Notes: a model not told the origin generated them from the letters alone. Numbered from the stretch's first letter, positions 1-13,960 are shown. The stretch is DNA of 64,000 nt from Octopus vulgaris (GCA_951406725.2 OX597823.1:20026001-20090000), one strand, 5' to 3'. Numbers and translations: made by a program.

Positions 1-67
1 TATGAATATATATAAATATATGTATACATATATATTTTCATATATACATATATATATATATATATAC

Positions 68-128
<61 letters not shown>

Positions 129-157
129 CTAAACTGGCAAAATGACCATTCCGAAAT

Positions 158-192
<35 letters not shown>

Positions 193-196
<4 letters not shown>

Positions 197-306
197 CCTG
201 CTCGCTTAGCCAGCGGGTTGGCGTCGTTCGATGGCTAAAACAATGCGAACGCATTGTGACCAGCGATGTGTGTAGCAACATCTGAGGGTCTGGTCGGTCA
301 CGTGAT

Positions 307-313
<7 letters not shown>
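193..313. repeat. Short dispersed repeat fragment
   Basis: Diverged reverse-complement copy at ~29447-29546 (gcattgtgaccagcgatgtg / cacatcgctggtcacaatgc). Confidence 0.6.
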
Positions 314-353
<40 letters not shown>

Positions 354-357
354 CATA

Positions 358-414
<57 letters not shown>

Positions 415-916
415 TCATACATTCATACATTCTCATGCCTTAATCTGTAACTGTCGAAATCTTGTCAACTGCCCAAAGGAGGATTCTGTCCATTAAAAGC
501 TATGGTCTTTAGAGTCGCCCTGACAGCATCAGGTGGCATTCGGAGACATTACACGAGCATGACAGCAATTGATTTCAAGAAAAGTTTTATGTAACATATA
601 CACTCCTTCAGGTATAGGGCAAGGAAAATTTCCTCATCAGGAGATTTCGAGACCGAGGAAATAGATTTCCTAGCATCAAATGGAGTTCGTTGTTACTACC
701 TGCACTTCAGTAAGAAACTGCATATACCCGATAGTCTGCATATCTTATCAGCAGGAAAGGTAATACATATTATTGTGGTTATCAATGATACGCCATGTTA
801 ATGAACTTCGAAATAATGATCACTGATAACCTTGATAAACCACCCTTGTTCTAGCTGGGCCTTGCATACCAACACTAATGCAAAGTATACAACCCTGGTT
901 TGCCAATAGGTAGATT

Positions 917-1334
917 GGCGAGCTGGCAGAAACGTTAGCACGCCGGGCGAAATGCTTAGCGGTATTTCGTCTGCCGTTACGTTGTGAGTTCAAATTCCGC
1001 CGAGGTCGACTTTGCCTTTCATCCTTTCGGGGTCGATAAATTAAGTACCAGTTACGCACTGGGGTCGATGTAATCGACTTAATACCTATGTCTGTCCTTG
1101 TTTGTCCCCTCTGTATTTAGCCCCTTGTGGGTAATAAAGAAATAGAAATAGGTATTTCGTCTGCCGTTACGTTGTGAGTTCAAATTCCGCCAAGGTCGAC
1201 TTTGCCTATCATCCTTTCGGGGTCGATAAATTAAGTACCAGTTACGCACTGGGGTCGATGTAATCGACTTAATACCTATGTCTGTCCTTGTTTGTCCCCT
1301 CTGTGTTTAGCCCATTGTGGGTAATAAAGAAATG
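917..1334 (+). mobile_element. tRNA-derived SINE family A, dimeric copy
   Basis: Box A-like TGGCAGAAACGTTAG, box B-like GAGTTCAAATTCC; body repeated from ~1150; apparent TSD ggtagatt(g) at 909-916 and 1335-1343; more than 10 copies in the window. Confidence 0.85.
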
Positions 1335-1705
1335 GGTAGATTGCTTCTACTCCGCGTTTTATCATCAGAGCCTGTTACCACCCAGTTAAAATTACTCCGC
1401 ATAGATATACTTGACAAGCAAACTGACCTGTAGCCTGACATAACCAAGCAGGTTACCCACCCACGTTACTGATTTCTCAAATTCTACGGATCACTGAGTA
1501 TCCGGTGTCAATAGACTCTCTCCTCTACCACGTGGAGCGCATACCAACTGTTGCAGATTTGTCAGTAGGCCATGCGACCTGAATGAATCAGTGGAGGTCC
1601 AAGATATTCCTATTGAGAAGCTATTTAAAAATTCTTTTTAATTTCTTTTCTTTCCGTGTCTCTACATCTGCGGATGTAGGCGTGCATTTACGTCAGCGAA
1701 GCCAA

Positions 1706-1758
1706 TAGTAGTGGTGGTAGAGGGGATGATGGTGGTAGCTGTGGTGATTGTGATGGTG

Positions 1759-1801
<43 letters not shown>

Positions 1802-1923
1802 GAATAGTAGAAGTAGTAGTAATAGTAGTAATAGTAATAGTAGTAGTAGTAGTGGTGTTGGTGGTAGTAGTAGTAGTAGGAATAGTAGTAGTAGTAACAG
1901 CAATAGTAGTAGTAACAGCAACA

Positions 1924-1980
<57 letters not shown>

Positions 1981-2023
1981 ATAGTAGTAGTAGTGGTGTT
2001 GGTGGTAGTAGTAGTAGTAGGAA

Positions 2024-2055
<32 letters not shown>

Positions 2056-2063
2056 ACAGCAGC

Positions 2064-2106
<43 letters not shown>

Positions 2107-2130
2107 ATAGTAGTAATGGTGGTGTTGGTG

Positions 2131-2178
<48 letters not shown>
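1706..2178. repeat. Compound (GTA)n/(GTG)n trinucleotide microsatellite
   Basis: Seen directly; source of the poly-T/poly-V/poly-Y/poly-L ORFs. Confidence 0.95.
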
Positions 2179-2505
2179 AAGGCTGCTGTTGTTTTGTTCA
2201 GCCAACAATATCGACTCTGATAATCAACGATGTTGCACCCGAGACCATGCCGTTCCCCCCCCTCCTCTTTACTGACATAATGTAGCTTTGTCACATTTTC
2301 CTTTTAAAAGCAGTAGAATGCGACTGAAATGAAATGCGGCTGCTATTTCTAGCAGGTTTAGTGACCTCTTTCCATAGAAGTTTGTTCAATGATATTCAGT
2401 TGTATTTAGTTCTTAATCTAGAATATCTGGGATGAAAAGCATTCCTGCCATGCCCATCCTGGATTTTCTATTTTTTTCTACTTAAAGTGGTGAAAGTTTG
2501 GCTAG

Positions 2506-2660
2506 TCTTTACGTTCCGAGTTCAAATTCTGCCGAGGTTGACTTTGCCATTGATCCTTTCGGGGTCGATAAATTAAGTACCAGTTGCGTACTGGGTTCAA
2601 TCTAATCAACTGGCCCCTCCCCCGAAATTTCGGGCCTTGTGCCTAGAGCAGAAAAGAATA
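2506..2660 (+). mobile_element. SINE A, 5'-truncated, alternative 3' tail
   Basis: Box B plus core, then ggccttgtgcctagagcagaaaagaata tail. Confidence 0.75.
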
Positions 2661-2846
2661 TTGTTTTTGGTTGGTGTTCGAATATTTAAAATTCAACCAT
2701 TTAGTGTTGTTCGAATGTTCCTAGTTATGTAGTTATGGATTAAAAGTAGCACGAGCTATATAAGAAAAATCGAACACATATACACAAGGTATGTTCGATT
2801 TTAGTTATTTAGTGTTCAGCAGTTTAGTATTGTTTCCAACTCTTAA

Positions 2847-3250
2847 ATATTCTTTTCTACTCTAGGCACAAGGCCCGGAAGTTTTAGAGAGGGGTTGAAG
2901 TCGATTAGATTGACCCCAATACAAAATTGGTACTTAATTTATCGACCCCGAAAGGATGAAAGGCAAAATCGACCTCGACGGGAACTGAACTCAGAACGTA
3001 ACAGCAGACGAAATACCTATTTCTTTATTACCCACAAGGGGCTAAACATAGAGGGGACAAACAAGGACAGACAATGGGATTAAATCGATTACATCGACTC
3101 CAGTGCGTAACTGGTACTTAATATATCGTCCCCGAGAGGATGAAAAGCAAAGTCGACCTCGGCGGAATTTGAACACAGAACATAGCGGCAGACGAAATAC
3201 CGCTAAGCATTTCGCCCGGCATGCTAACGTTTCTGCCAGCTCGCCGCCTT
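2847..3250 (-). mobile_element. SINE A dimer
   Basis: Reverse complement of the family A head and body, followed by a second body with the alternative tail. Confidence 0.8.
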
Positions 3251-3616
3251 CCAACTGCTAAATATTAAATAATCTTTTCAGTTCTCAACCTGTTCGGTTC
3301 TTCTATGTTTTTCAGCGGCCTCCGCTGTATCGATTCTTCCATATGATTTTACAATGTTTGCAAGAAAGGCAGGTAAAGATTCCTGCAATGTTAGAATACG
3401 AAGATGGAACGAATACGAAGATGGAACGAAAAAACAGTTTGATAAAGGACACTGAATCCACATTAAGGGAGTCAAAATATCTTTATCGATTATAAGACGA
3501 ATTCGGACTTACCATAAGCACAAAAGCGAGATGGGGACATAATGATAAGCCCCTTCTATGTGACTATGGTGCAATCTGGACTACCAGTCAGTTGCTGTTT
3601 TGTATATTATTGAATT

Positions 3617-4014
3617 AAGGCAGCGAGCTGGCAGAAACGTTAGCACGCCAGGCGAAATACTTAGCGGTATTTCGTCTGCGTTACGTTGTGAGTTCAAATT
3701 CCGCCGAGGTCGACTTTGTTTCATCCTTTCGGGGTCGATAAATTAAGGACCAGTTACGCACTGGGGTCGATGTAATCGACTTAATACCTATGTCTGTCCT
3801 TGTTTGTCCCCTCTGTGTTTAGCCCCTTGTGGGTAATAAAGAAATAGGTATGTCGCCTGTCTTTACGTTCTGAGTTCAAATTCCGTAGAGGTCAACTTTG
3901 CCTTTCATCCTTTCGAGGTCAATAAATTAAGTACCAGTTGCGTACTGGAGCCGGATCTAATCGACTGGCCCCCGCTCTCCAAAAACTTCGGGCCTTGTGC
4001 CTAGAATAGAAAAG
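3617..4014 (+). mobile_element. SINE A dimer
   Basis: Same sequence as 917-1140, second body from ~3847. Confidence 0.8.
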
Positions 4015-4830
4015 TGTAGTACTAAATTTCCCTTAATTGGATGAGTTGAGAAACAGTACAAAGAACAAACGGGATAGCATAAAGCAATAAAAATATTTTA
4101 TATAGATACGAAATACAAATAATTTGATATCTGAGAAGAATTCTTCATGTCTTATATTACAACTGAATAAAGTGAGTAAATGCGCTAGACAGCGCATGTT
4201 TACTGAAGTGCAAGTTTCGCCCTAATATTTAACATTATATAATATTGCTCATAAAAAAAAAAGCATTCCATATTGTTTTGGAGTCATTCATAAAACCTTT
4301 CAATTTATACTAAGAATAGTTCTTTTTTCAATGTTTTAATGCTTATCTCAAGAGTTTTTAAATTATTTCAAGACTTACATTATTGTAAATTGCAATTTTA
4401 TGTTCTGAAAAAAAAAAAAAATAAAATAAATAAATAAAATAAAAATAAAAATCTTAAAAGCCGATGCTGTTATTTCGCCAAAGTGGTGAAGGAAATACGA
4501 AAATAAATAATGTAGAAACTGTTTTGAAACACTCTTTTTAAATTATGAAGCAATGTTACAAATGATGAAATGCTGCTTTTAGGAAACGTGCTTGAACATA
4601 AAAATGCTAAATAAATTACTTATTGCGAATAAGATACCACCAATAAAAGGCAGAAAGTATTATGTATAATAACCAAATGTAGATGAAAAGGATAAGATTA
4701 AAAACTGAGAGAACCTCCCAATAGTTATAAATAAGTTGTCAAGTGGTTAGGGGCAATAAAAATGAAATTAGGAACAACAAAAATAAAGCTGTGTGCATAC
4801 AAGCATATATATATACACCTATGTTCAGTT

Positions 4831-4862
<32 letters not shown>

Positions 4863-4908
4863 TGTATGTATGTATGTATGTATGTATTATGTATTTTTAA
4901 CGTTTTTT

Positions 4909-5110
4909 TTACTTGTTTCAGTCATTCAGCGGCCATACTGGTGTACGACCTTGAAGAATTTATTTTTAATCGAATGAATCGATCCCCAGTACTTATATTT
5001 TAAAAGCCTCGTACTTATGCTATCGGTCTCTTTTGCTTAGCTTCTAAGTTATGCGGGCGTAAACACACCAACACCGGTTGTCAAACGGCTATATGGGGCA
5101 AACACGCATA
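4909..5110 (-). mobile_element. SINE B 3' part, split by a mariner insertion (continues at ~6420-6472)
   Basis: acttgtttcagtcatt...gtaaacacacc...ggttgtcaa; family sequence resumes after the mariner (cgacgagtttctttcagtttc). Confidence 0.7.
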
Positions 5111-5112
5111 TA

Positions 5113-6418
5113 TAAGGTCATCCCATAAGTTATGTTCGGACTTCTATATTTTCAATTTGTAAACGCTTTAACAGTATTTTAGAATGTCTTATGGCATTAG
5201 ACAATATTTGTCTTATGGCATTAGACAATTATTTGGACATATTTAAACTAATTAAATTTCATTTTGCAGGATAATATAATTGAACTTTCACTAACTATAG
5301 CTCTTCAGACATGGAAGTGTCTAAGGAGCATTTAAGGCACATAATGCTTTGTGAGTTTAAAAAAGGGAACTCTGCAGCTGAAGTGATTCGAAATATTCAC
5401 TCAACTTATGAAGCAGAATGTCTGGATGAAAGAACTTGCGGAAGATGTTTTGTAAAATTCAGAAATAGAGATTTCAGCCTTGAAGATGCGGCCTGAAATG
5501 GACGTCCAATTGAGTTTGATGACAAGCCCCTTTTGGCAGAACTTGAAAAAAGGATCATGCAGTTTCAGTTGAAGAATTGGCAAGCAAGCTTCATTCCAAG
5601 CATACAACTGTCCACTGCCATCTTCAACAGCTTCAAAAGCTTCCAAAACCCGGAAAATGGGTGCCACATGATTTGTTCGAAGCCAACCGCAAATCCTGAA
5701 TGGACATCTGCTCTTCATTCTCATGAACTACATCTCACCTCTTTTGGACAGAATGGTGACCATGAAAAATAAGTCTTTTATTTAAATGTTGAGTCTTGTA
5801 GACATTGGTTTGGTGAAGGGGAAAAGGTGCAACCGAAAGGGAACTCCATGCACAACCAAAAAGAGAACTCCATGCAAAGAATTTTCTTCTCTCTGTTTGG
5901 TGGGAATGCCAAGAAGTCATCCACTTTGAGATGCTACCAATTAATACAACTATCAATGCTTAAATCTACTGTCAGTGATTAGAGAGTTTAAATGCTGCTT
6001 TGAAGAGAAAGAGGCCTGCTTAAGAGAATCGAAAGTGAGTTTCATGAGGACAATGCAAATCGCCCACATTGCAAAGACCAATTCACAGAAGGTCGAGGAA
6101 CTTGACTGGAAGAAAATTGCTCATCCGTCTTATTCCTCGCACCTTGCCCTTTCAGATTACTATTTGTTCTATAGTTTACAGAATCATTTGGATGGATTAA
6201 CTCTTAAAACAACTAAGATAGTCAAATCTGACCTCTCAGAGTTCTTCCCTTCGAAACCGGGTTTTTCACTAATGGAATTAAAAAACTTACGAGTAAATGG
6301 AAAGATGTCGTAAATAATTATGGAAACTACAGTGACGATTAAGTTTCATTAAAATGTAAGATTTGCTAACTTGTTTTCCTTTTTTAAAATCCGGATATAC
6401 TTCTGGGATGGTCCGATA
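5113..6418 (+). mobile_element. Full-length decayed mariner DNA transposon
   Basis: Imperfect TIRs (taaggtcatcccataagt / acttctgggatggtccga), TA context, ~1.3 kb. Confidence 0.9.
5311..6342 (+). pseudogene. Mariner transposase pseudogene
   Basis: HTH start MEVSKEHLRHIMLCEFKKGNSAAE..FRNRDFSLED, GRP, WVPHDL (tgggtgccacatgatttg), HPSYSSHLALSDYYLF (YSPDLAPSD-like); stops and frameshifts. Confidence 0.9.
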
Positions 6419-6491
6419 TATATACACGACGAGTTTCTTTCAGTTTCAGCCTACCAAATCTACTCATATGGCTAAAATAAGCCCGTCGTAT

Positions 6492-6602
<111 letters not shown>

Positions 6603-6618
6603 ATATATGATTATACAT

Positions 6619-6742
6619 AAGGCGGTGAGCTGGCAGAATCGTTAGCACACCGGACAAAATGCTTAGCGGTATTTCAACCGTCTTAACGTTCTGAGTTCAA
6701 ATTCCGCGAGATCGACTTTGCCTTTCTCATCTTTTCGGGGTC

Positions 6743-6744
<2 letters not shown>
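6619..6744 (+). mobile_element. SINE A 5' fragment
   Basis: Family A head with boxes A and B. Confidence 0.75.
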
Positions 6745-6803
<59 letters not shown>

Positions 6804-6948
6804 AAGTATAATTGCCACTTAAATGTGGATAACCCTTTAGGGTCGATGATACTACTGTAGCTTGTAGCCCCAGGAGTACACCTCCTCCAGTTGGCTATTG
6901 ACACACTTTCTATGTTCTATCAGTATTTGCAAAGGGAAGCCATCCTTC

Positions 6949-6999
<51 letters not shown>

Positions 7000-7001
<2 letters not shown>

Positions 7002-7413
7002 CGCAGGAGTGGCTGTGTGGTAAGTAGCTTGCTAACCAACCACATGGTTCCGGGTTCAGTCCACTGCGTGGCATCTTGGGCAAGTGTTTTCTGCTATAGC
7101 CCCGGGCCGGCCAATGCCTTGTGAGTGGATTTGGTAGACGGAAACTGAAAGAAGCCTGTCGTATATATGTATATATATATGTATTTGTATGTGTGTGTGT
7201 TTGTGTGTCTGTCCCCCTAGCATTGCTTGACAACCGATGCTGGCGTGTTTACGTCCCCGTCACTTAGCGGTTCGGCAAAAGAGACCGATAGAATAAGTAC
7301 TGGGCTTACAAAGAATAAGTCCCGGGGTTGATTTGCTCGACTAAAGGCGGTGCTCCAGCATGGCCGCAGTCGGATGACTGAAACAAGTAAAAGAGTAAAA
7401 GAGTAAAAAAGAG
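7000..7413 (+). mobile_element. tRNA-derived SINE family B with internal (TA)/(TG) microsatellite
   Basis: Head ggcgcaggagtggctgtgtggtaag..gggttcagtcc; tail gactgaaacaagt(aaaagagt)n; more than 12 copies in the window. Confidence 0.85.
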
Positions 7414-7499
7414 TATGAGTGTATGTATGTATATATACATATATATGTATGTATATATATATATATATACACACACACATATATATGCATGTATATATA

Positions 7500-7690
7500 G
7501 TTGGAATTTATAGAACAGCAAAAGACGAAGACAGGTGTATGAAAAAAAAACAAGTGTATTAGTTTGACGCTCGAGAAAACTGAAAAAGTCCTTTACGTTT
7601 CGAGCCTACGCTCTTCAACAGAAAGGAATAAGAGAAATTAAACAGAGAAAGTATGAAAAAACGTGTAGCGTTCAGCGGTCCAGCATGCTG
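7500..7690 (-). mobile_element. Short hammerhead-bearing element (family E)
   Basis: Minus strand cctttCTGTTGAaGAGCgtagGCTCGAAAcgTAaagg (~7590-7626; core A6 mutated); relatives at 40357-40560 and 53760-53955. Confidence 0.6.
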
Positions 7691-7694
7691 AACG

Positions 7695-7781
<87 letters not shown>

Positions 7782-7901
7782 CGTCTATTGCTCTGTGCCT
7801 GTCTGCTTGTCTGTCTGTCTGACTATGTGTTTATATATGTACACACACACACGCACACACACACGCACACACACACGCACACACACACGCACACACACAC
7901 A

Positions 7902-7945
<44 letters not shown>

Positions 7946-8260
7946 TTCTTGCGTGTGCAGTTAGGTGTAAAACTTCTATCGTAAATTATCATCGTCCACT
8001 CATCTTCCAATATATTGGTTTTATTACTACTGCACATAGAAGTGTTAGCGTCTATGACGCTAACAGAGAAAAAATAAAGGAAAAAGTATAATAAACACAA
8101 AAGGAAGTTAATATTTGTCTCCTGTGAATGTTTCGCCATCGTGATTATTTGCATAGTCTGTACTGGGAGATCGAAGTGCAATTGGATGCTGAACCACAGC
8201 AGTTCACCAAGGGATGATTTTATTGCAGGATGTTTATGCAGATCTGATGCTACCTTATGT

Positions 8261-8352
<92 letters not shown>

Positions 8353-8353
8353 G

Positions 8354-8386
<33 letters not shown>

Positions 8387-8782
8387 GCCTGTCTGTCTGT
8401 CTGTCTGTCTTTCTGTCTGTCTGTCTAAGTATCTATCTATGTATATGAACATATATATTTCTTCAACGAACCAAGTATTTTAATCTTTCCTTTTGCGCAA
8501 ATGTCTTGATGTTCACTACCGTGAACAACTCAAAGAGATGAGATCTGTGATTTGTTGTTTATGTACTCTAATCCGATATAATAATAATTTTGATCCTGTT
8601 TGGCCGATATAATTCTCATTGCATTGTGGAAAAGCGATGCAATTTTCTTGTTCTACAATTCATATTTACATTAACATTCAGTTTGTTCCAGACTTTAAAG
8701 TCACAAGTGTTGGTCTGCGACCACATACACACACATTGTGGGTAGCAGGCCGAGGCATGTATCCAGGATTTAAACCACCAGT

Positions 8783-8865
<83 letters not shown>

Positions 8866-8894
8866 TATATACATATATATATATATCTATATAT

Positions 8895-9121
8895 ACTCTT
8901 ACTCTTTTACTCTTACTTGTTTCAGTCATTTGACTGCGGCCATGCTGGAGCACCGCCTTTAATCGAGCAACTCGACCCCGGGACTTATTCTTTTTGTAAG
9001 CCCAGTACTTATTCTATCGGTCTCTTATGCCGAACCGCTAAGTAACGGGGACGTAAACACACCAGCAGCGGTTGTCAAGCAATGCTAGGGGGACAAACAC
9101 AGACACACACACACACACACA

Positions 9122-9156
<35 letters not shown>

Positions 9157-9224
9157 GATGGGCTTCTTTCAGTTTCCATCAACCAAATCTACTCACAAGG
9201 CATTGGTCGGCCCGAGGCTATAGT
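8895..9224 (-). mobile_element. SINE B, head missing
   Basis: Family B sequence in reverse complement. Confidence 0.8.
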
Positions 9225-9280
9225 ATAATATATATATATATTAATAGAAATGGTAAGACATTAAAAAAAATGAAAGAGAC

Positions 9281-9332
9281 CAGTTATCGGGCCATCGAAA
9301 AAATTGCATTTTTTTCGATGGCCCGATAACTG
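9281..9332. repeat. Perfect inverted repeat (~23-bp arms)
   Basis: cagttatcgggccatcgaaaaaa / ttttttcgatggcccgataactg, within a unit flanked by (TA)n. Confidence 0.85.
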
Positions 9333-9444
9333 AAAAGATGGCGCGTGGGTTTCCACCCCGACATCCGAAACTAGGGGTTGTATCATGGCTACCGAATAAT
9401 TGTCACATATTATATTTACAGATATATATATATATATATAAACT

Positions 9445-9839
9445 TTTATACTCTAGGCACAACACCTGAAATTTTGTGAGGTGTGGTAAGTCGATTACAT
9501 CGATCCCAGTGTTTCACTGATGCTTAATTTACCGACCCCGAAAAGATAAAAGGCAAAGTCGATCTCACGGAATTTGAACTCGGAATGTTAAGACGGATGA
9601 AATACCTATTCGTTTACTACCCACAAGGGGCTAAACACAGAGAGGACAAACAAGGACAGACAAACGGATTAAGTCGATTACATCGACCCCAGTGTGTAAC
9701 TGGTACTTAATTTATCGATCCCGAAAGGATGAAAGGCAAAGTCGACCTCAGCGGAATTTGAACTCAGAACGTAACGGCAGACGAAATACCGCTAAGCATT
9801 TTGTCCGGTGTGCTAACGTTTCTGACACCTCACCGCCTT
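9445..9839 (-). mobile_element. SINE A dimer
   Basis: Family A sequence in reverse complement. Confidence 0.8.
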
Positions 9840-9856
9840 ATGTATAATGGATGGAT

Positions 9857-10238
9857 GGAAGCACTCCGTCGGTTACGACGATGAGGGTTCCGGTTGATCC
9901 GAATCAACGGAACAGCTTGCTCGTGAAATTAACGTGTAAGTGACTGAGCACTCCACAGACACGTGTACCCTTAACGTAGTTCTCGGGGATATTCAGCGTG
10001 ACACAGAGAGTGACAAGGCCGGCTCTTTGAAATACAGGTACAACAGAAACAGGAATTAAGAGTAAGAGAAAGTTGTGGTGAAAGAGTACAGCAGGGATCA
10101 CCACCATCCCCTGCCGGAGCCTCATGGAGCTTTAGGTGTTTTCGCTCAATAAACACTCACAACGCCCGGTCTGGGAATCGAAACTGCGATCCTACGACCG
10201 CGAGTCCGCTGCCCTAACCACTGGGCCATTGCCCCTCC
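9857..10238 (-). mobile_element. tRNA-derived SINE family C
   Basis: Minus-strand head caatggcccagtggttagggcagcggactcgcgg..gtttcgattccc; near-identical to 32143-32528. Confidence 0.85.
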
Positions 10239-10289
10239 TTATGTATAATAATGACAAGTAAACAGTAGAATATGTGATTAAATAAGGGT

Positions 10290-10610
10290 AAAGACCCCGT
10301 CCGGGTATGGATGACCGTGGGATACACCCTGAAAGTTACCCTCCGAGATACCAGTCGAGAAAGGTTGTTTATGGAAGACCTGCAGTCATCCTTGCATAGC
10401 AGCTTCCTCTCTCCACGTCACGGATGATAGTCAAGGGAAAAGCACCAGTGACGTCGCAGCTCATTTCTACAGCTGAGTGAATGGAACAACGTGAAAAAAA
10501 AAGACAAAGTGTCTTGCTGAAGAACACAATACACAACCTGGTCCGCGAACCGAACTCATTACCTCGGAATTGTGAGCCTGACGCTCTAACCACTGAGCCA
10601 TGCGCCTTCA
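10290..10610 (-). mobile_element. tRNA-derived SINE family D
   Basis: Minus-strand head gaaggcgcatggctcagtggttagagcg; shared core ctcatttctacagctgagtga with 15140-15507. Confidence 0.75.
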
Positions 10611-11087
10611 CCACTAAAAAAAGATGGTTAAATAAAACAGAACAACTGCTAACTTGGTGAGACCAAGTTGCCGCTTCAAGATTTATTACTTATTCCAATT
10701 AACGCTTTCCAATTAAAACTCATCGATAAACTGTAAATGCCAAATGTGAAGGTTGATACAATATTATTAGAGCAGGGGGAAGCTATTTAAATATATATAG
10801 ATCTCCTACAGGGTCCAAAGTTTTTTTTCCTCCTAGTCAAATGTGTTCCACTAGTCGGAAGTGAGCAAAACTGGTTTGTCTCGTGTGTTTTCTAGATATT
10901 TCTGGGTTTTTTTTCCCCCTTTTATTGTTGTTTACTACATATTTTTGTACTCCTCTTCTCAATATCAAAACATCAATTCAAAAGAGATGGGTGGAGTTGC
11001 TATTTTATTTAATTCACATTAAAAAACATTAACACACACACACACACGGATACGGATTCACTTATCAACACAAGTACACTCTCACGA

Positions 11088-11125
<38 letters not shown>

Positions 11126-11207
11126 ATATATTTTTACGTACACACACACACGCACACACACACACAGACATATATTTACATTAATACACACATCTATATG
11201 TATATAT

Positions 11208-11253
<46 letters not shown>

Positions 11254-11366
11254 GTATGTATGCATGTATGCATGTATGTATGTATGTATCTGTGTATGTG
11301 TGTATCTATCTATCTGTCTATACATGTATAAATATATGCATTTACATACATACACACATATATATA

Positions 11367-11414
<48 letters not shown>

Positions 11415-11471
11415 CATAAACACACACACATATATTTACATTAATACACACATCTATATGTATATATATTT

Positions 11472-11503
<32 letters not shown>

Positions 11504-11830
11504 GTATGTATGCATGTATGTATGTATGTATGTATCTATCTATTTATCTGTCTATACATGTATACATACATGCATTTAACTACATACATACATATATATA
11601 TTTGAATATATGTATATAAATATATATATATATATATATTTACATACACCCAGACATATATTTACATTAATGCACACATCTATATGTATATATATCTACA
11701 CACACACACACACATACATATATATGTATGCATGTATGCATGTATATATGTATGCATGTATCTATCTATACATCTATACATGTATACATATATGCATTTA
11801 CATACATACACACACATATATATAGTTGTA
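11088..11830. repeat. Compound microsatellite with block triplication
   Basis: catatatttacattaat(a/g)cacacatctatatgtatatat recurs at ~11169, ~11429 and ~11655. Confidence 0.8.
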
Positions 11831-12034
11831 TATATGTATATATATTATATTATATATATATACGCATATGTTTATGGGTGCATGTGTACTCACAAATATA
11901 TTCACACCACACACAAGTCTATAAACATACACTCAGTGTGGGCACGGCTCCTCTTGATCACTTCCTTGTTCCAAAGACTTGTTTTCCTGTTAGATATTAG
12001 ATATTGTAGATAATTGACACACACACACACACAC

Positions 12035-12070
<36 letters not shown>

Positions 12071-12329
12071 ACAAGCACTCTTTCCCCCTCTTTCTCTCTT
12101 TATCTATCTGACTGTCAATCTCACTACACACGCACATAAATAAAAAAAAAAACCCGCATACACATACATATATATATTGACACACAAACATCTCGAAAAC
12201 GAATACACACTTTCAAATACAATCCTACAATTACGTCTGCATGTGCACTGTTAGAGTGCGTATGTGTCTGTTTGTGTATGTATATAAGTGCCTATATATA
12301 TATATATATATGTATAAAAATTATATATG

Positions 12330-12668
12330 AAAATACAAAATAGGACAAGAACGCAAAATACACAAAGAGGCGACACAAAAAACGGACGGGTCATTCGAAG
12401 CCTCTAATCTTCAGTCAGGAACGGGATCGTCCTAGCAAATTTCGGCTGATTAATCCTGATATCGCTCCGATCCGGCCAGCCCCAAGGAAAGACTAAGCTG
12501 CGAGCATTAGATTTCTTGGAAAAGGGATTGAATGTATACGAAACAAGGACAGAAAAACGGACGATGCCACACGAAAATAAATACAAAAAAACAAAAATAA
12601 AAAATAAAAACAAGAATGGTAATAACAGGACAAAAACAGCGGGTGTCTTACGACTTTAGACAATTTAA
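12330..12668 (-). mobile_element. (TA)n-embedded short element with a degenerate hammerhead-like core
   Basis: Related to 22658-22785 (+); gaCTGAAGA..cttcGAA. Confidence 0.45.
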
Positions 12669-12704
<36 letters not shown>

Positions 12705-12869
12705 CATCTATCTACACACACATACGCACACACACACAAATACACACAAACATGTATCGATCCCATTAACATACATATATACATATATACATATGCATAT
12801 ATATATGTATTTATTGCCCACAAGGGGCTAAACATGGAGGGGACAAACATATATATAAGTGTATGTATG

Positions 12870-12959
<90 letters not shown>

Positions 12960-13129
12960 TCTTTTATATACGCATATATGGATATATATATATATATATA
13001 TACACAGACATATATCATCGCATGATGGCGTCATGTTTTAACAGCACTTTTTCGAGGTTTTTAAAAATCGAAGTTGGCGTGCCCAGAATTCTATTTTGCA
13101 GGTTAGTCACTCTTTCCTTTCTATAAGGC

Positions 13130-13612
13130 AATGACCTAATGTCGTCGCGTCTAACAACGTCCATTTTTATGCAGACGAAACTGCCCTTCTTTCATTTCTG
13201 ATGTTCTACAATCAATCACGTGCAGCCTAGACAACCTCGTTTCGACGCACACCGATTCCATCATTAAAGACATCTAATACATCCTGCAATGGAAATATAC
13301 TAAACCTTAGCCTTGTCTCTCTCTTTCAACAGTAAGAAAGCAGAAATGCTACTCACGTCAACAAAGCTTTATCTCACACACCAGCCTCCAGATCCTGCAT
13401 AACCACTCCAAATGTTGGACTTCGTAATTACTGAGCATATCTCCTAGCGAAAATATATCCATATCATAACTACGTTTGCATTCATACGATTGACCCTTCG
13501 CTTCAGCGTCCGAAGGTACTTCCTCCAACAGTTACCAATTCTCTTCACAAAGTACAGGCGTGGCTCACAATGGTGAATTTTTCTTACATCTTGGAAGTTG
13601 ATGAAACTGAAC

Positions 13613-13659
<47 letters not shown>

Positions 13660-13960
13660 CATTCGAACATCATAGACTGCACCTAAAAAAAAAAGCTCCA
13701 AGACCACACACGAACTGTCTCCTAGCTCTACGTTTTCTGCTGTTAATATAATGCTCCCCGCAGTTAGTTGTGTTGGTGCCACATCCATTCAAGCATTACC
13801 AACCAAATCCCCTCTCTGTTTCTCATCGCTCTTGTTGTGTTTATCCCTCACAAAATCTCGATGCCAGGTCATATCTCTTCAGAATGTCGGTCCTCTGGAA
13901 TTATCTCCAAGCTGATGTCTTTCCGACAGATGCAGACTTCCAGTAGTTTAAGAGAGATAT
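13130..13960 (+). mobile_element. Decayed LINE (CR1/L2/Jockey group), RT and 3' region
   Basis: tatgcagacgaaact = YADET (YADD-like); C-terminal FRMSVLWNYLQADVFP..FK motif at ~13875-13955. Confidence 0.55.

Noticed and set aside
917-1010. tRNA gene calls for SINE heads (also ~10170-10238, 15430-15507, 45135-45195)
   Set aside because: Boxes A and B are present but there is no complete cloverleaf, and the heads continue into repeat bodies
436-1620. Unique-looking sequence around the first SINE as a possible exon or LINE
   Set aside because: No ORF or motif I could identify; left unannotated
1662-2294. 210-aa Thr-rich ORF (mucin-like) and overlapping poly-V/Y/L ORFs
   Set aside because: Translation of a (GTA)n microsatellite; open in several frames, with no domain or splice support
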